A DNA stretch of 64,000 bases, from positions 9,982,001 through 10,046,000 of the forward strand of contig OX597824.1 in assembly GCA_951406725.2 (NCBI GenBank). The letters are read 5' to 3'. A program made the translations under genes and the position numbers. The DNA is from Octopus vulgaris (lineage: Eukaryota). Within the stretch, counting starts at the first letter, position 1. Each line of letters begins with the position of its first letter. This document shows positions 47,797-60,477 of the stretch, piece by piece. The notes below the pieces were generated by a model. The model made no database searches. It had not been told where the DNA came from and worked only from the letters and a program-made list of their open reading frames with translations.

Positions 47797-50603
47797 AGGA
47801 TCTTTAAACTTCTTTTAGCCAGAACAAAGCGTAATGTCCTTGAGATAAATAAAGAACTCCAATTGACAGCAGTAGCTACACAGTAAGATTTGTTTTTCTG
47901 TTTTGTATTTCATTGTATGCCTGAAGGGGAAAGTTATTTCAAGGCTGCCTTGAAATAATACCACAAAATGCAGTATATTTAAGAGACCAAAAAAGTAAGA
48001 TGCAAAAGAGATGTTTTCTTCAAACTTGGCCTGGAGGAAGGAAAGACTATTTGGTTTCTCAAGAAGTTTTTTTTGCCTTAACTTCATTTAACAAACCCCA
48101 AAAATTTATTGAAATAAAGGCATGCTTAATTATTTTTTAATGAAAAGAAAACACTGATTGCTTTTTATTCAGCAGATTTGATTCAGCACCGACCATTGGA
48201 CGGTGGGGGGGGGGGCGTTTTGCTTGTATGTATTTATATATATATACATATATATATATTCGTTTCAGAGGTATTGTCCAGCTATTCAATGCTGTACAGA
48301 AACAACAGAAACTGAACGAGGAGAACGAAAATACCATAAACACATCTGAGTGGAAAAAACAGAAAATCTCTGAGAACACAGAGCAGATGTCATTCTTTCA
48401 CCTGCTTCAAAACATGCCGAAAGTTAATTTGTCATCTCAACCAGACAACACAATTAAAGTAAGTAATTTAGTAACTTGGCTCTTAATTGACTACTTCCTC
48501 CTACTCATTCCACTGCTTACCTAGTCATATTATCTATTAGTTATCCCACCTCCTCCTCTAGTCATGTTATCCATTAGTTATGTCTTGTGTTCCTCAATTA
48601 TATCTTCCTCTGGTCATTTCTCTTCTCCCTTGTGTTACCCTTTAATTACGTCCTGTTAACCTAGTCATGTTATCATCCATTAGTTATGTCTTTTGTTCAT
48701 GAGTATTGTCTTGTCCCCTACTTGTGTTATCCATTAGTCATGTTAACTGTTTGCATGTGTGTGTGTATGTATGTATGTATGTGTGTATGTTATTATTTTA
48801 AATAGATTGATTTGGCCCTATACAACATAAAGTTTTGTAGACTCACCTGAGCACAAGCTAAACTCTTGTGATGAGGCTATGGAACTTTATGAAAACAAAG
48901 TTTTCATCATCATCATCATCGTTTAACGTCTGCTTTCCATGCTGGCATGGGTTGGACGGTTTGACTGGGGACTGGTGAACCAGATGGCTGCACTAGGCTC
49001 CAATCTGATCTGGCAGAGTTTCTACTGCTGGATGCCCTTCCTAACACCAACCACTCCGAGAGTGTAGTGGGTGCTTTTACGTGCCACCAGCACAAGGGCC
49101 AGTCAGGCAGAAAAGGCAATGGCCACGCTCAAATGGTGTTTTTTATGTGTCACCTGCACAGAAGCCAGTCCAGCGGCACTGGCAACGCCCTCACTCGAAT
49201 GTTTTTCGCATACCACCAGCACAAGTGCCAGTAAGGCGATGCTGATAAATGAGAATTGGGTCCTTAGATCCATGAGGCCTACAGGCAAATCAATACATTG
49301 GGCCCTATAGTAGCTATTTATTGACAGCAAGTCACAGCATACATAGATCAGAATTGGTCCCCTGAACCCATGAGACTCCCATGCAACTGCTCTGTCTGCT
49401 TATGCCTTAACACTTTGGCATTTAAACTGGCCTTATCCAACTAAGATATTTTTTTTCCTCTCCTTGTTTTTTCTGTGTCCCTTTCTGGCGAAGAGCGTAG
49501 GCTCGAAACGTAAAAGACTTTTTCTATTCCTGAGCGTTATATTAATACATCTGTTTGTTTTGTACACCAACTGTCTTCGTCTTTTGTTTTTTTCGTAAAC
49601 TCCCCCTAAGATATTTTACCTGCTTTATGCTCAAACTGGCCAAATCGAGACCCTTATACCTACCCTACAATATCATTCTAAAAATAAACTACCACATCAT
49701 TCATCAGAATCTTAAAGCTACAAGATAATGCATGATTAATTCATAACAATATGAATAAATAAGCAATACATTTGACAGGGTAATCTGAATGCTGAAGGAT
49801 TAAGATAGTACAGGTATGTGATTACCTGTATAATTGTGTTATGTTCCCTTCTGTTGAGTGGTTCACTTGTTTTATTCTATGTGTTCACCTGTATGATTTT
49901 TTTTATGTTCACCTGTTTTGTTGTGTTGACTGTTTCTGTTATGTTCACTCTGTTTGCCTGTGTTATTGTGTTAACTATGTTCACCTCTTCTGACCATTCA
50001 ACTAATTTGTTGGCTGGACTGTCCATGTGTTTTAATAATAATAATAATAATAATGAAATTATCGTATACAGTGCTCAGGTGCACCACAACTTGTCAAAAG
50101 TGCGTATAAAGCATATGCAGTGAATGAGTCAGAGACATGCTTGTGTGTGTATGGAGGAGAGAAAATCAGGTGTAGTGTTGGCGAATCTCAGGAAGCATGG
50201 AAGTTCTGAAGGATGCAGTGCTCCGACAACTAACAACTGATGCCGGCACTTTGTTCCATGCTTCAGCAACTCTTAGCGCGAAAAAATGTTTCCGAAAGTC
50301 ATGGGAGCTGTGCTGTTTTCTGACTTTGTAAACATGTCCACAGGTGTTAGACAGGTGGAGTTTGAAAAGGTGTTCAGAGTTATTGTTTGTAAGATGGTTG
50401 CTGCATTGGTTCTGTCCACATGTGTTGTTGTTGTTGTTGTGTTGATTGTGTTTGCCTTGAGTTAATTTACTTTCACAATAAATATTCACCATATCTATCT
50501 ATTTAAGCCTGAACCTGAGAAAAAGATTTGGAATTTTCTGAAAGATGACTTCATACTCGACAGCACCAAAATGAAAGATTGGGACAAAAAAGAGAGTGTA
50601 TAA
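47797..50603 (+). pseudogene. RRP15: 5'-truncated duplicate of RRP15 exons 3-5 (47797-47882, 48269-48458, 50508-50603)
   Basis: Near-identical copies of 32302-32387, 34713-34902 and 36852-36947 with their intron flanks. No exon 1-2 upstream, several missense changes, and the last acceptor changed from CAG to AAG. Confidence 0.85.
49453..49605 (+). mobile_element. About 150-bp element carrying a minimal hammerhead-like motif (49481-49516); second copy at about 18886-19031
   Basis: 12-bp TSD CTAAGATATTTT, empty site near 36710. Motif CTTT-CTGGCGA-A-GAGC-GTAG-GCTC-GAAAC-GTA-AAAG. Confidence 0.6.
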
Positions 50604-50873
50604 TTTTAAATAAATTGTTTAAACAGTATCTTTGTGTCACTTGATGTTTTGAAGTTTGTATCATCATCACCATCATTCTTGTTATTTCATTATTAAAAGC
50701 CAGGAGTGGCTGTGCTAGTACATAGCTTGCTTACCAATCACATGGTTCTGGATTCAGTTCCACTGTGTGGCACCTTGGACAAGTGTCTTCAGCCTCACGC
50801 CGACCAAAGCCTTGTGAGTGGATTTGGTAGATAGAAACTGAAAGAAGCCAGTCATATGTATATATATATATAT

Positions 50874-50931
<58 letters not shown>

Positions 50932-50990
50932 ATATTTCGGAATGGTCACACGACTTCACATAAAAAATCTTGCACAACAAATATTTAAAC

Positions 50991-51028
<38 letters not shown>

Positions 51029-52699
51029 GGAGGCGCAATGACCCAGTGGTTAGGGCAGTGGACTCGCGGTCGTAGGATCGCGGTTTCGATTCCCAGACTG
51101 GGCGTTGTGAGTGTTTATTGAGCGAAAACACCTAAAGCTCCACGAGGTTCCGGCAGGGGATGGTGGTGATCCCTGCTGTACTCTTTCACCACAACTTTCT
51201 CTCACTCTTACTTCCTGTTTCTGTTGTAGCTGTATTTCAAAGGGCCGGCCTTGTCACTCTCTGTGTCACGCTGAATATCCCCGAGAACTACATTAAGGGT
51301 ACATGTGTCTGTGGAGTGCTCAGCCACTTACACGTTAATTTCACGAGCAGGCTGTTCCGTTGATCGGATCAACCGGAACCCTCGTCGTCGTTACCGACGG
51401 AGTGCTTCCATTCCATATATATGTATGTATATGTTTGTGTGTCTGTGTTTGTCCCCCCAACATCGCTTGACAACTGATGCTGGTGTGTTTACGTCCCTGT
51501 AACTTAGCAGTTTGGCAAAAGAGACCGATAGAATAAGTACTAGGTTTACGAAGAATAAGGCCTGGGGTTGATTTGCTGGACTAAAGGAGTTGCTCCAGCA
51601 TGGCCACAGCCAAATGACTGAAACAAATAAAAGATTATAAGCAGTGTGCTGACAGAATTATTAGCACATTCAACAAAACGCCTAGCGGCATTTCTTCACT
51701 CATGACATTCTTAGCTCAATTCCCACCAAGGTCAATTTATAATGACATAATATTAAGGTGTTGAGCTGGCAGAATCATTAGCATGCTGGGTGAAATGCTT
51801 AGTGGTATTTTGTCTGTCACTACATTCTGAGTTCAAATTCCTCCGAGGTCGACTTTGCCTTTCATCCTTTCAGGGGTCAATAAATTAAGTACCAGTGAAA
51901 CACTGGGATCAATGTAATCGACTTGTCCAATCATCATCATCGTCATCATTTAATGTCCATTTTCCGTGCTAGCACTGGTTGGATGGTTCAACTGGGGTCT
52001 GGGAAGCCAGGAGGCTGCACCAGGCTCCAGTCTGATCTGGCAGTGTTTTCTACAGCTGGGAGCCCTTCCTAACGCCAACCACTTCGTGAGTGTAGTGAGT
52101 GCTTTTTACGTGCCAGGGGAGGCTGGCAGCAGCCACGATCGGTTGGTGCTTTTTACGTGCCACTCCCCCAAAATTTCAGGCGTTGTACCTTTAGTAGAAA
52201 GGATCATTATTATTATTGTCATCAGTAGTAGTAGTAGTAATAGTTTCTTCACCATCTGGTTTTAGGGTGCCCTGCTGTTCTTTCCCTTCAGACTGCCACT
52301 TCAGTGCCACCAAGTCACTTTTGCAATCTTGTCTGAGAACATGTCCAATCCAGTTCCAGCATCTGTGTCTTATTTCATCATTTAGCCAGTCGATGCCTGT
52401 TGTCATCTCAATTGTGTTATTTCTTTGCAGCCATTTGAATAAGAAATAAAAAGCTGAAAATTAATTCTAGCTTCACTTCTAAATAATTTGGGAATTTTAA
52501 ACACTAGAGAGAATGATATGGACATACTATCTGCTAGAAATAGCAGCCAAATCTTTAATACTATACTGTCTTTAAAAATTAAATAAAATAGAAAAGAATA
52601 AACCATTATAGTTAGCATTTGTTGACATAAAGGCCTTTGATAGGTTATCATGCTCTGTAATCTGGTAACCACTAAGAAAACAATGCTGACAAATGACTT

Positions 52700-53150
52700 G
52701 TAAAGGCAATACCAGCCATATACAGAGATGATGTTCTATGCAAAGTGATATTTGGCACTGAGTTCAGGAAAGAATTTAGAAAGCAGGTAAGGGTCCATCA
52801 TGTTTCAGTACTCAGCCCCATTTTTGTTTATTATAGTTTTACAGGCCACAATAGAGGAGTTTAAGATCAGCTGTCTGTTGGAAGTCTTGTATGCCAGTGA
52901 CCAATTCCTTATTGCTGAATCTGTCAAAGAATTACGAGAAAAGAAATTCCAAATGAAGAAGCATAACATAGAATCAAGAAGCTTCAAACAGGACTATGCT
53001 GACATTTGAGAAGCAACCATTCTCAGAATGCAGAGAATAACTAGGGAGGATTCCCATATGGTGTACCCAGTGTATACAATGGGGGCAAAAAAAGGTATTG
53101 TGGGGTCACAAACAGGCTCATAGGAAAGGACAACTTGTGTGTAGAAGAGG
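52700..53150 (+). mobile_element. Highly degenerate RTE-type RT fragment
   Basis: SVLSP-like motif followed by FLFIIVLQATIEEF...EVLYASD (YADD-like). Confidence 0.5.
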
Positions 53151-53542
53151 TACAAGAATAGTTTACTGATTGTACTATGGAGGTAGAAGTTCTGCGAATG
53201 ACAGAATTCTGGTTTAAACACCCTCAACTTTGTATTTGTCAGAAAATGTTCGTGAATGTGTGCTCTACACACGGAATACATATGATTATAAACAAAAAAT
53301 TTTCAGCCCCACCCTATAAATCCTCAAATTTCCGTTTTAAAACCAGGGTTTCTAATACGGACAGTTCTAATTTTCTGCTAAAATCCCAGCAACGAACCAC
53401 CCTTGGGTGCATCATCAAATGTGTGTAGGAGGAGAAAAATATTGAAAAACATCAATACATGTCAGAGTGACAACGAGGTATCAGGTGGTCGTGGGATGTG
53501 CTAAAAACAATAGCTAAATCACTCTTAAATCACACACATTTA

Positions 53543-53667
53543 GGATCTTTTTACTTTGACCGGCACATTTAAAAAATATTTTTCTGTATGTAACATTCTA
53601 CGAAGTTTAAAAGTGTTTAGTTACAAAAAATTATTTTTTAAATGTGCCGGTCAAAGTGAACAGATCC
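53543..53667. mobile_element. Short GGATC-terminated MITE related to the two above
   Basis: TIRs GGATCTTTTTACTTTGACCGGCACATTTAAAAAAT / ATTTTTTAAATGTGCCGGTCAAAGTGAACAGATCC, 8-bp TSD CACATTTA. Confidence 0.75.
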
Positions 53668-54599
53668 CACATTTATTTTTGATAATCTCGTGTGTAGAGC
53701 ACAAAATCGCAAAAGTTTTCTGAAGATTAAAAAAAAAAAAAAACAAGTTACGAGGGGTGCTTAAAGCAGAATTTCGCCCCGTAAACATAAGCACAGGAAG
53801 CGGCTGGTTTCAGGAACCTATTACCTCCACCACCAATAAAGGATTACCTTTCCCAGTGAAAGGTAGATTGTCCGATACTCGTGTATTCAGCGCAAGGTTA
53901 AAGAGAAGTGACGCGTAGACATTACATGCAGAGAATGTATGAAGAAATAAGGAAGAATGTATGGGAAGCAATACAGAACGAAATGCCCAGCTGGGGGAAG
54001 ACCCATCCAATTCATGGCAGTTTGGAAAAGCAGTGATGACGATGACAGAGTAGAAACTGTGATGATAGTTGTAGTACTCGCAGCAGTAGGGAGATGGTGG
54101 TGGTAGTAAGATTGTGGTTGTGATGGTGTTGGGATTAACGATTGTCATGTAGGTAGTGCGTGAGGTTGTCATGGCTACACTTCCGCTTGTCTGACCGACC
54201 GTTAAGTTGAACCTGTCCACTTTCAAGGTAATCAAAAGAATAATTTCGTATTTCCTCGTTCGTGACACTTATAGAAACAATGAGTTGTGGTATTCATCCA
54301 TCTCCCAAGTGCATTAGTTATCACCGACTTATTTGTTATATTGTTTATTGACTTCACTTTTGGTGTGTTTACATCACGTTAAGCCATTCAACAACTTTCA
54401 CCTAGATTATCCGGCACCAATAGACATTCCGGCAAGTACACGATACCTAAAATAATTACAAACTTTATTTAAAATCATTTTTAAGGTGGAAGAGTGAAGT
54501 GAAAAATAGATTTGAGTAGAAAGGAATGAGAAGATCGGAAGAAGAAAATGTACCTGTTTTTGTATGGAGGGCTTGTCTCTGTGAAACATTCTAAAGCTT

Positions 54600-55025
54600 A
54601 TAGTATACGTGATGGATTAACGGAGAATCTTGCCTCCCAGAATATAGAAACATTTCCCATGGTACCAGCAGAGAAAATGAAAAAGGTGTTGTCCCGGAGG
54701 ATATCGAGGGAGATGCGCTGGAATAGCCACTCTGACTCCACGGGGCTCGCACTTGCAGACAGCAATCTCCGCCCCGATATCGGTAATCAGGGATATGGTC
54801 CGGGGGCCAAGTGTGCTGGAGGTCTGCATTGTTACAAGTTCGACCATAAACCTGTCGGAAAGTTTGACTGTTTTTCTCAGCCTGACGAGCAGCGGAGCCT
54901 GGGTTGGTAGCTGACAACACCAAGCTGCCGCTGGAGGTGCCACAGCATGTGTCATCTGGCATCCCAGATGAAGGGCCTTCCGTCACTGTGAGAGACAAGA
55001 TTCTCCGCTAATCCACCATGCACAC
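54600..55025 (-). mobile_element. Uninterrupted paralog of the CRE-like fragment
   Basis: Same sequence without the 0.7-kb LINE insertion. Confidence 0.7.
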
Positions 55026-55934
55026 TATAAGCCTAAGGTCTCACAGAGATACATTCTGAGTATAGAAATATACACATATTCTTCTTCCTACCTTTTCATT
55101 GTTTTTAAAATCAAATCAGTTTTTTTACTTCACCCTTCCTCCTCTGTCTTTTAAGGTTACGCAGGGTGGAAATCAAATCTTGAAGCGCTTGTCCAGATTC
55201 GTAAAGTATCTAATTGTTTCGTTTTTCACCTAAACAATTTCATTTTTATAATTTCGCTCTATCTCTCATACGAAATGTTTAAAAGTTAAAACATTGAATC
55301 TTTTTCGTTTTCCTTATAAATGTTTGAAATGTGTTTTTCTACTTTATGTATTTTGATTTTTCTTTTAAACGTTTAAAAGTCATTTCACAGCTCTATATAT
55401 CTTATAAATAGCACCTTAAAATTCCCAAAGAAGTATCTTCTCAAAGTGTTGTTAGTATGATTTAACCCCAGGTAGGGCATTCTCGCTGTTCTCATATTCT
55501 TATTTTTATTTTTTAAAATAGGATTGCATTATCTAGTATTCGGTGTCTTGCTCTGTCCCTTTTTCTTTTCTTTCTATTTTTAAAGTTCTAGATAGCAAGA
55601 GAACAGACAAAACTCTACTTCCTTCGGGAAAATGGCTTTGCTCAATATGCAGGAAAGGTGTTGGCAGAAATTTTCTGTAGTGAACTCAGTGCAAGCCATG
55701 ATCCATTCTTGAATTAATTCATTTTAGGATATGTTCTTGCAATGATATCCCTGGCATGGATCTTCTATTCCTGGCCATTTGTGTTGTAGCCAATGTTCTT
55801 CCTTCTTTGTAGCTGCCCATATTTCACCTGCTATAAGAGAACGGGTACGACAGTACCATTGAAGTCGGACAGTACAAATACTTACAAAATCCTATTTTAT
55901 TTTATTTTATCATTTCTCTCTAGATAATATTACA

Positions 55935-56073
55935 ATGGCTGATCCCAATTCAAGTAATATTGAGCAAGAAGAGGAGACAAACGTAGGCGAAGATGAGAAT
56001 GCAGACCAAAGTGAAAGTATCATTCTGCCAGATGATGGCGAAGGCAGTCAGGAAGGGGATGAAGAAGGTGAAG
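55935..56073 (+). CDS. Unknown acidic protein, copy B, first coding exon
   Basis: Paralog of 41817-41955 with the same splice sites, MADPNSSNIEQEEE... Confidence 0.7.
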
Positions 56074-56279
56074 GTAACATTCAGGGCTTAGTGACTTTTG
56101 GTAATGATTAAAACTTGCCTTACCTTAACTGCTACATCATATTTTCGCATAATATAATCCCTTATGTATTTAGAGCTAATCCTGCTAATCCTGCCTTAGT
56201 CTTAGTGAGACTCATGGTTTGTATGTTTATCCAGTTCTGATAGCAATAAGGTATTGGCATGGCAGCATGGTAAGATGAT

Positions 56280-57200
56280 CCAAGGTAAGCACAGCAGGCC
56301 GTCCTGCGAGCCATGAACTCACTTCATTTGTCGGGTCTTCGCAGCCACAGCATATCCCCAGAGGTCTCAGTCTTTCGTCATTGCCTCTGTGAGGCCCAAC
56401 ATTCGAAGGTCCACCACATCCCATGTCTTCCTGGGTTTACCTCCACCCCGGATTCCTTCAACTGTTTGGGAGTGGCACTTCTTCACACATCTCTCCTCGT
56501 CCATCCGTAGTACATGAACATACCAACACAAATGTCTCTCCTGCATGCCACATCCAATGCTTCTTATGCCCAACAGTTCTCTCAGGACGCTTACACTCTG
56601 TCGTGCATGCACACTGACATTACACATCCTGCAGATCATGCTAGCTTCATTTCTTTTAAGCCTACACATGTCCTTGGCAATCATGGCCCATGTTTCACTG
56701 CCGTGAAGTATGGCGGTTCGCACACATGTGTCATACAATCTACCTTTCACTCTGAGCAAGAGACCCTTTGTCGCCAGTAGGTGAAGAAGCTTTCTAAACT
56801 TTTCCCAGGCTATTCTTATTCTAGTGGTAACACTCTCTGAGCATCCACCCCCACTACTAACTTGGTCACCCATCAACTACTTCTAGTTTCTCCCACTTGA
56901 GTTAGATGGAATCTGTTTTCTGAGTATCTGTGGTGTCTATTGCCCCTGTGCATCTGCCACACACGATAGCTATCTTCTCGGTTAATTTTCCTTTGATGTT
57001 GCTGCACCTCTTATGTGTCCATAGCTTACACTGGGTACATCTTATAGAGTTTCTACCGACACCTTTTCTACAGATTGAGCAGGTCCACCTACCTGAGGGG
57101 TGGGAGTGAAGAGTTCACCTTCCTGCTTACTAGAACTTTGGTTTTTGCTACATTGATTCTAAGGCCTTTTGATTCTAAACCTAATTTCCACACAAGCATC
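56280..57200 (-). mobile_element. RTE-clade LINE fragment (RT C-terminus with embedded Cys/His finger), unit B only
   Basis: CSICRKGVGRNSIRCTQCKLWTHKRC, then GGGCSESVTTRIRIAWEKF...KGRLYDTCVRTAILHGSETW...GKPRKTW. Confidence 0.85.
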
Positions 57201-58538
57201 TTATTATGTCTGACAAGTGTCATATTATGTCTTCAACTATAGCCCCAAGCTGACCAAAGCCTTGCGACTGGATTGAACAAAAGAAGCCCATCACACACAT
57301 GTGTGTGTGTGTGTGTGCACACGTGTGTATGTGTCACTGTCTCCTTGTGTTAGATGTAAACTCCAGGTGTTAGTTGTAAACAAGTGCCACTGTCGTGCCA
57401 GCAGTGTCATTCATTCCCATTCTTCCAAGAAAACATGTCTGGCCATGGGGAGATATCACCTTGCTTGGAAACAGGTTAGCGTTGGAGACAAGAAGGGCAT
57501 CCACCCTTAGAAAATCCACCTCTAGCTACGTCACTGATAAATACACATATATAAAGTAACCATTCTGTATATTCTACATACCCATTATTCCTTTATTGCC
57601 CACAAGGGGATAAACAAGGACAGACAAAGAGATTAAGGCAATTACATCAACCCCAGTGCATAACTGGTACTTTATTTATCGACCCCGAAAGGATGAAAGG
57701 CAAAGTCAACCTCAGCGGAATTTGAACTCAGAACATAATGGCCGATGAAATACTGCTAAGCATTTCGCCCGGCGTGCTAACGATTCTGCCAGCTCGCCGC
57801 CTAATTTTCTACATACCCCCATGCTGCACCATTGATTTAACCCATTAGCACTTAAACTGGCCATATTTGATCCAAATATTCTGTTTTATGTTCAAATAGG
57901 CCAGATTCAACTACTCGCATCTACTCTGAAGTGGCTGTGTGGTAAGTAGCTTGCTTACCAACCACATGGTTCCGGGTTCAGTCCCACCGCATGGCACCTT
58001 GGGCAAGTGTCTTCTGCTATAGCCTCGGGCCGACCAAAGTCTTGTGAGTGGATTTGGTAGACGGAAACTGAAAGAAGCCCGTTGTATATATGTATATGTA
58101 TATATGTGTGTGTGTGTGTGGTTGTGTGTCTATGTTTGCCGCCCCCCCAACATCGCTTGACAACAGATGCTAGTGTGCTTACATCCCCGTAACTTAGCAG
58201 TTCGGTAAAAGAGGCCGATAGAATAAGTACTAGGCTTACAAAGAATAAGTGTTTGGGTCAATTTCCTCGACTAAAGGCGGTGCTCCAGCATGGCCGCAGT
58301 CAGATGACTGAAACAAGTAAAAGAGTAAGCATTTTGCCTGGTGTGCTAACAGTTCTGCTCGCTCACTGCCTTAGTAGTAATGATAATAATAATAATAATA
58401 ATAATAATACTATTGCTTCTACATGTTTATACTGAAAAGAATGTTTTTCCATTTTTATTTTTTTCAAATGTTATTCATTTTAATTAATGTTAAAGTTTGT
58501 ATTATAATAGACATACTGTTCTGGACTTTTGTTTGCAG

Positions 58539-58871
58539 AGGATGTACCTGAATTAGCTCAGGATGAAGATGTTGAGTTGCCTGATGATGCATTAACTGAT
58601 GAGGCTGATCAGTTAGCAAAAGCTGCAAGTGATGTGATGAGTGAAACTGAAAGTGCTTTGACACAAGGGTCTGAGATTGAGAAGATGGCTCCAGAGAAAG
58701 GCTCTAGAAGAGATATCGCATTATCAGAGGAAGAAGTAGTAGGAAGGTTTTTAAGTGAAGAAGATCAAAATCTTTTACAAACTCCTGTGAGCGTTGAAGA
58801 AACTGAGGTCAGTACACCTCAGGAAGAAGTTCCAGCAACAGAAGAAGAGTCATTGAAGGAGGAAGAGGAAG
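58539..58871 (+). CDS. Unknown acidic protein, copy B, exon (333 bp, phase 1-1)
   Basis: Paralog of 43175-43483 with in-frame indels, including an extra EKMAPEKGSRRDIAL. Confidence 0.7.
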
Positions 58872-58926
58872 GTATGGACTTTATTAGAACAGTGCTTACT
58901 TTTTCATTAAGTAAATATCTACTCTG

Positions 58927-59533
58927 ATATTTAAATCTCAGAATGAGATTGAAACAGTAATCGCTCGATAATGTAAAGTATAGAAGCCATCTTATCATGG
59001 CTAACCACATAGAGGAGGGGGTGTTACTGTAGCTTTATAGCCCCAAGAGATCTTCGTCTCCAGCTGGCTTTAGACACAATATCAGTGCCCTTGGAGTATT
59101 TGCAAAGGGAGGCCATCCCTTCCTCGCAAGCCTGAGTGATACGCTCGAACTAGTTTCGGGATATTTGTCCCTTGTCAACGGGCGGTAACCACCAGGATGC
59201 GACGAAAGTGAAGGCTTCCTTGCAAATATATAAAAGCTTTTCTAGTGGCGTCTGCCACTGATTTCGAAAAACTGACAGTAAGCATATTTAAATCTCAGAA
59301 TGAGATTGAAACAGTAATCGCTCGATAATGTAAAGTATAGAAACCATCTTATCACGGCTAACCACATTGGGGAGGGGGTGTTACTGTAGCTTTATAGCCC
59401 CAAGGGATCGTCGTCTCTAGCTGGCTTTAGACACAATATCAGTGTCCTTGGAGTATTTGCAAAGGGAGGCCATCCCTTCCTCGCAAGCCTGAGTGATATG
59501 CTCGGACTAGTTTTAGTCCGGACTAAAACTAGT
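58927..59533 (-). mobile_element. Penelope-like partial tandem repeat (pseudo-LTR-like) with a hammerhead-like motif, unit B only
   Basis: About 230-bp direct repeat (58927-59155 versus 59285-59513). GAAACTAGT hammerhead signature on the minus strand. Ends in a 28-bp perfect palindrome. Confidence 0.55.
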
Positions 59534-59809
59534 AATCCGGATACAGAAGCTGGAGGTTTGGAAGCAGTTGTCCACAGTTATCTTCTTTCTCTTTGATTTT
59601 CAAAGAGATATTCACATCAGCAGGTCAACTGACCTCTCTCCCGGTACATACATTTCTTGTCTACCCAAACGAACTTTGTTATTAAAACCCTTTGATTTTG
59701 TTGGATCCTGAAAATAATTATATGTATGTATGTGTGCATTGTCTGATGCTGGGGGTGACATTTATTATTTGTTTTCTTTTCAATTTCTCTTCTTTTTCTT
59801 CTTCTTCAG

Positions 59810-59845
59810 AAGCAGTTGATAAAGCAAGCATACCTGATGTTGAAG
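59810..59845 (+). CDS. Unknown acidic protein, copy B, 36-bp micro-exon
   Basis: (TTC)n TTCAG|EAVDKASIPDVE G|GTAGG, phase 1-1. Flanks resemble those of the other micro-exons. Confidence 0.55.
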
Positions 59846-59998
59846 GTAGGTTTCTGAGAATGTCCGTTACCTAGCTGCTCAAGATATTGATCAGACCTAT
59901 CATCAAGATGAAGAAATGTGTGTGTGTGTGTGTGTGCATGTAACAATTATTATTTAACTGTTTTCTTTCCAATCTTTTACCTCCTTTTTCTTCTTCAG

Positions 59999-60049
59999 AA
60001 GCAGCTGAAAAAGCAGAGGCACCTTTGGATGTCCAACCCACTGTCACAG
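59999..60049 (+). CDS. Unknown acidic protein, copy B, 51-bp micro-exon
   Basis: TTCTTCAG|EAAEKAEAPLDVQPTVT G|GTAGG, phase 1-1. Confidence 0.55.
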
Positions 60050-60434
60050 GTAGGTTACTGAAAGAATTAATTTCCTAACTACTCATTATATCGTGCATAC
60101 CCACCATCATGACCGAAAGCAATGTGTGTGTATGTATGTGGACGTGTGTTCATATATATATACACACATACACATATGTATATAACATGCACGCACACAC
60201 ATGTTTATGTGTACATACACAAATATATTTATATATCATCATCATCATTTAACATCCTCTTTCCTATACTCACATGGGTCAGACAGACACCCTTTTTGGC
60301 ACTAACCCTCACTTATTTCCAAACGAGGTAGCATTTTCCATAATCCTTGTTTTTACAGAAGACTGGAAATGAACACCCTCACTTATATGATAGTGATGCT
60401 ACTCTACAACCATCACATGATATCAAGACAAGGG

Positions 60435-60477
<43 letters not shown>

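Noticed and set aside
47797-47807. SEDL* as an ER-retention signal on the putative chimera
   Set aside because: Not a canonical xDEL motif, and the protein has no signal peptide.
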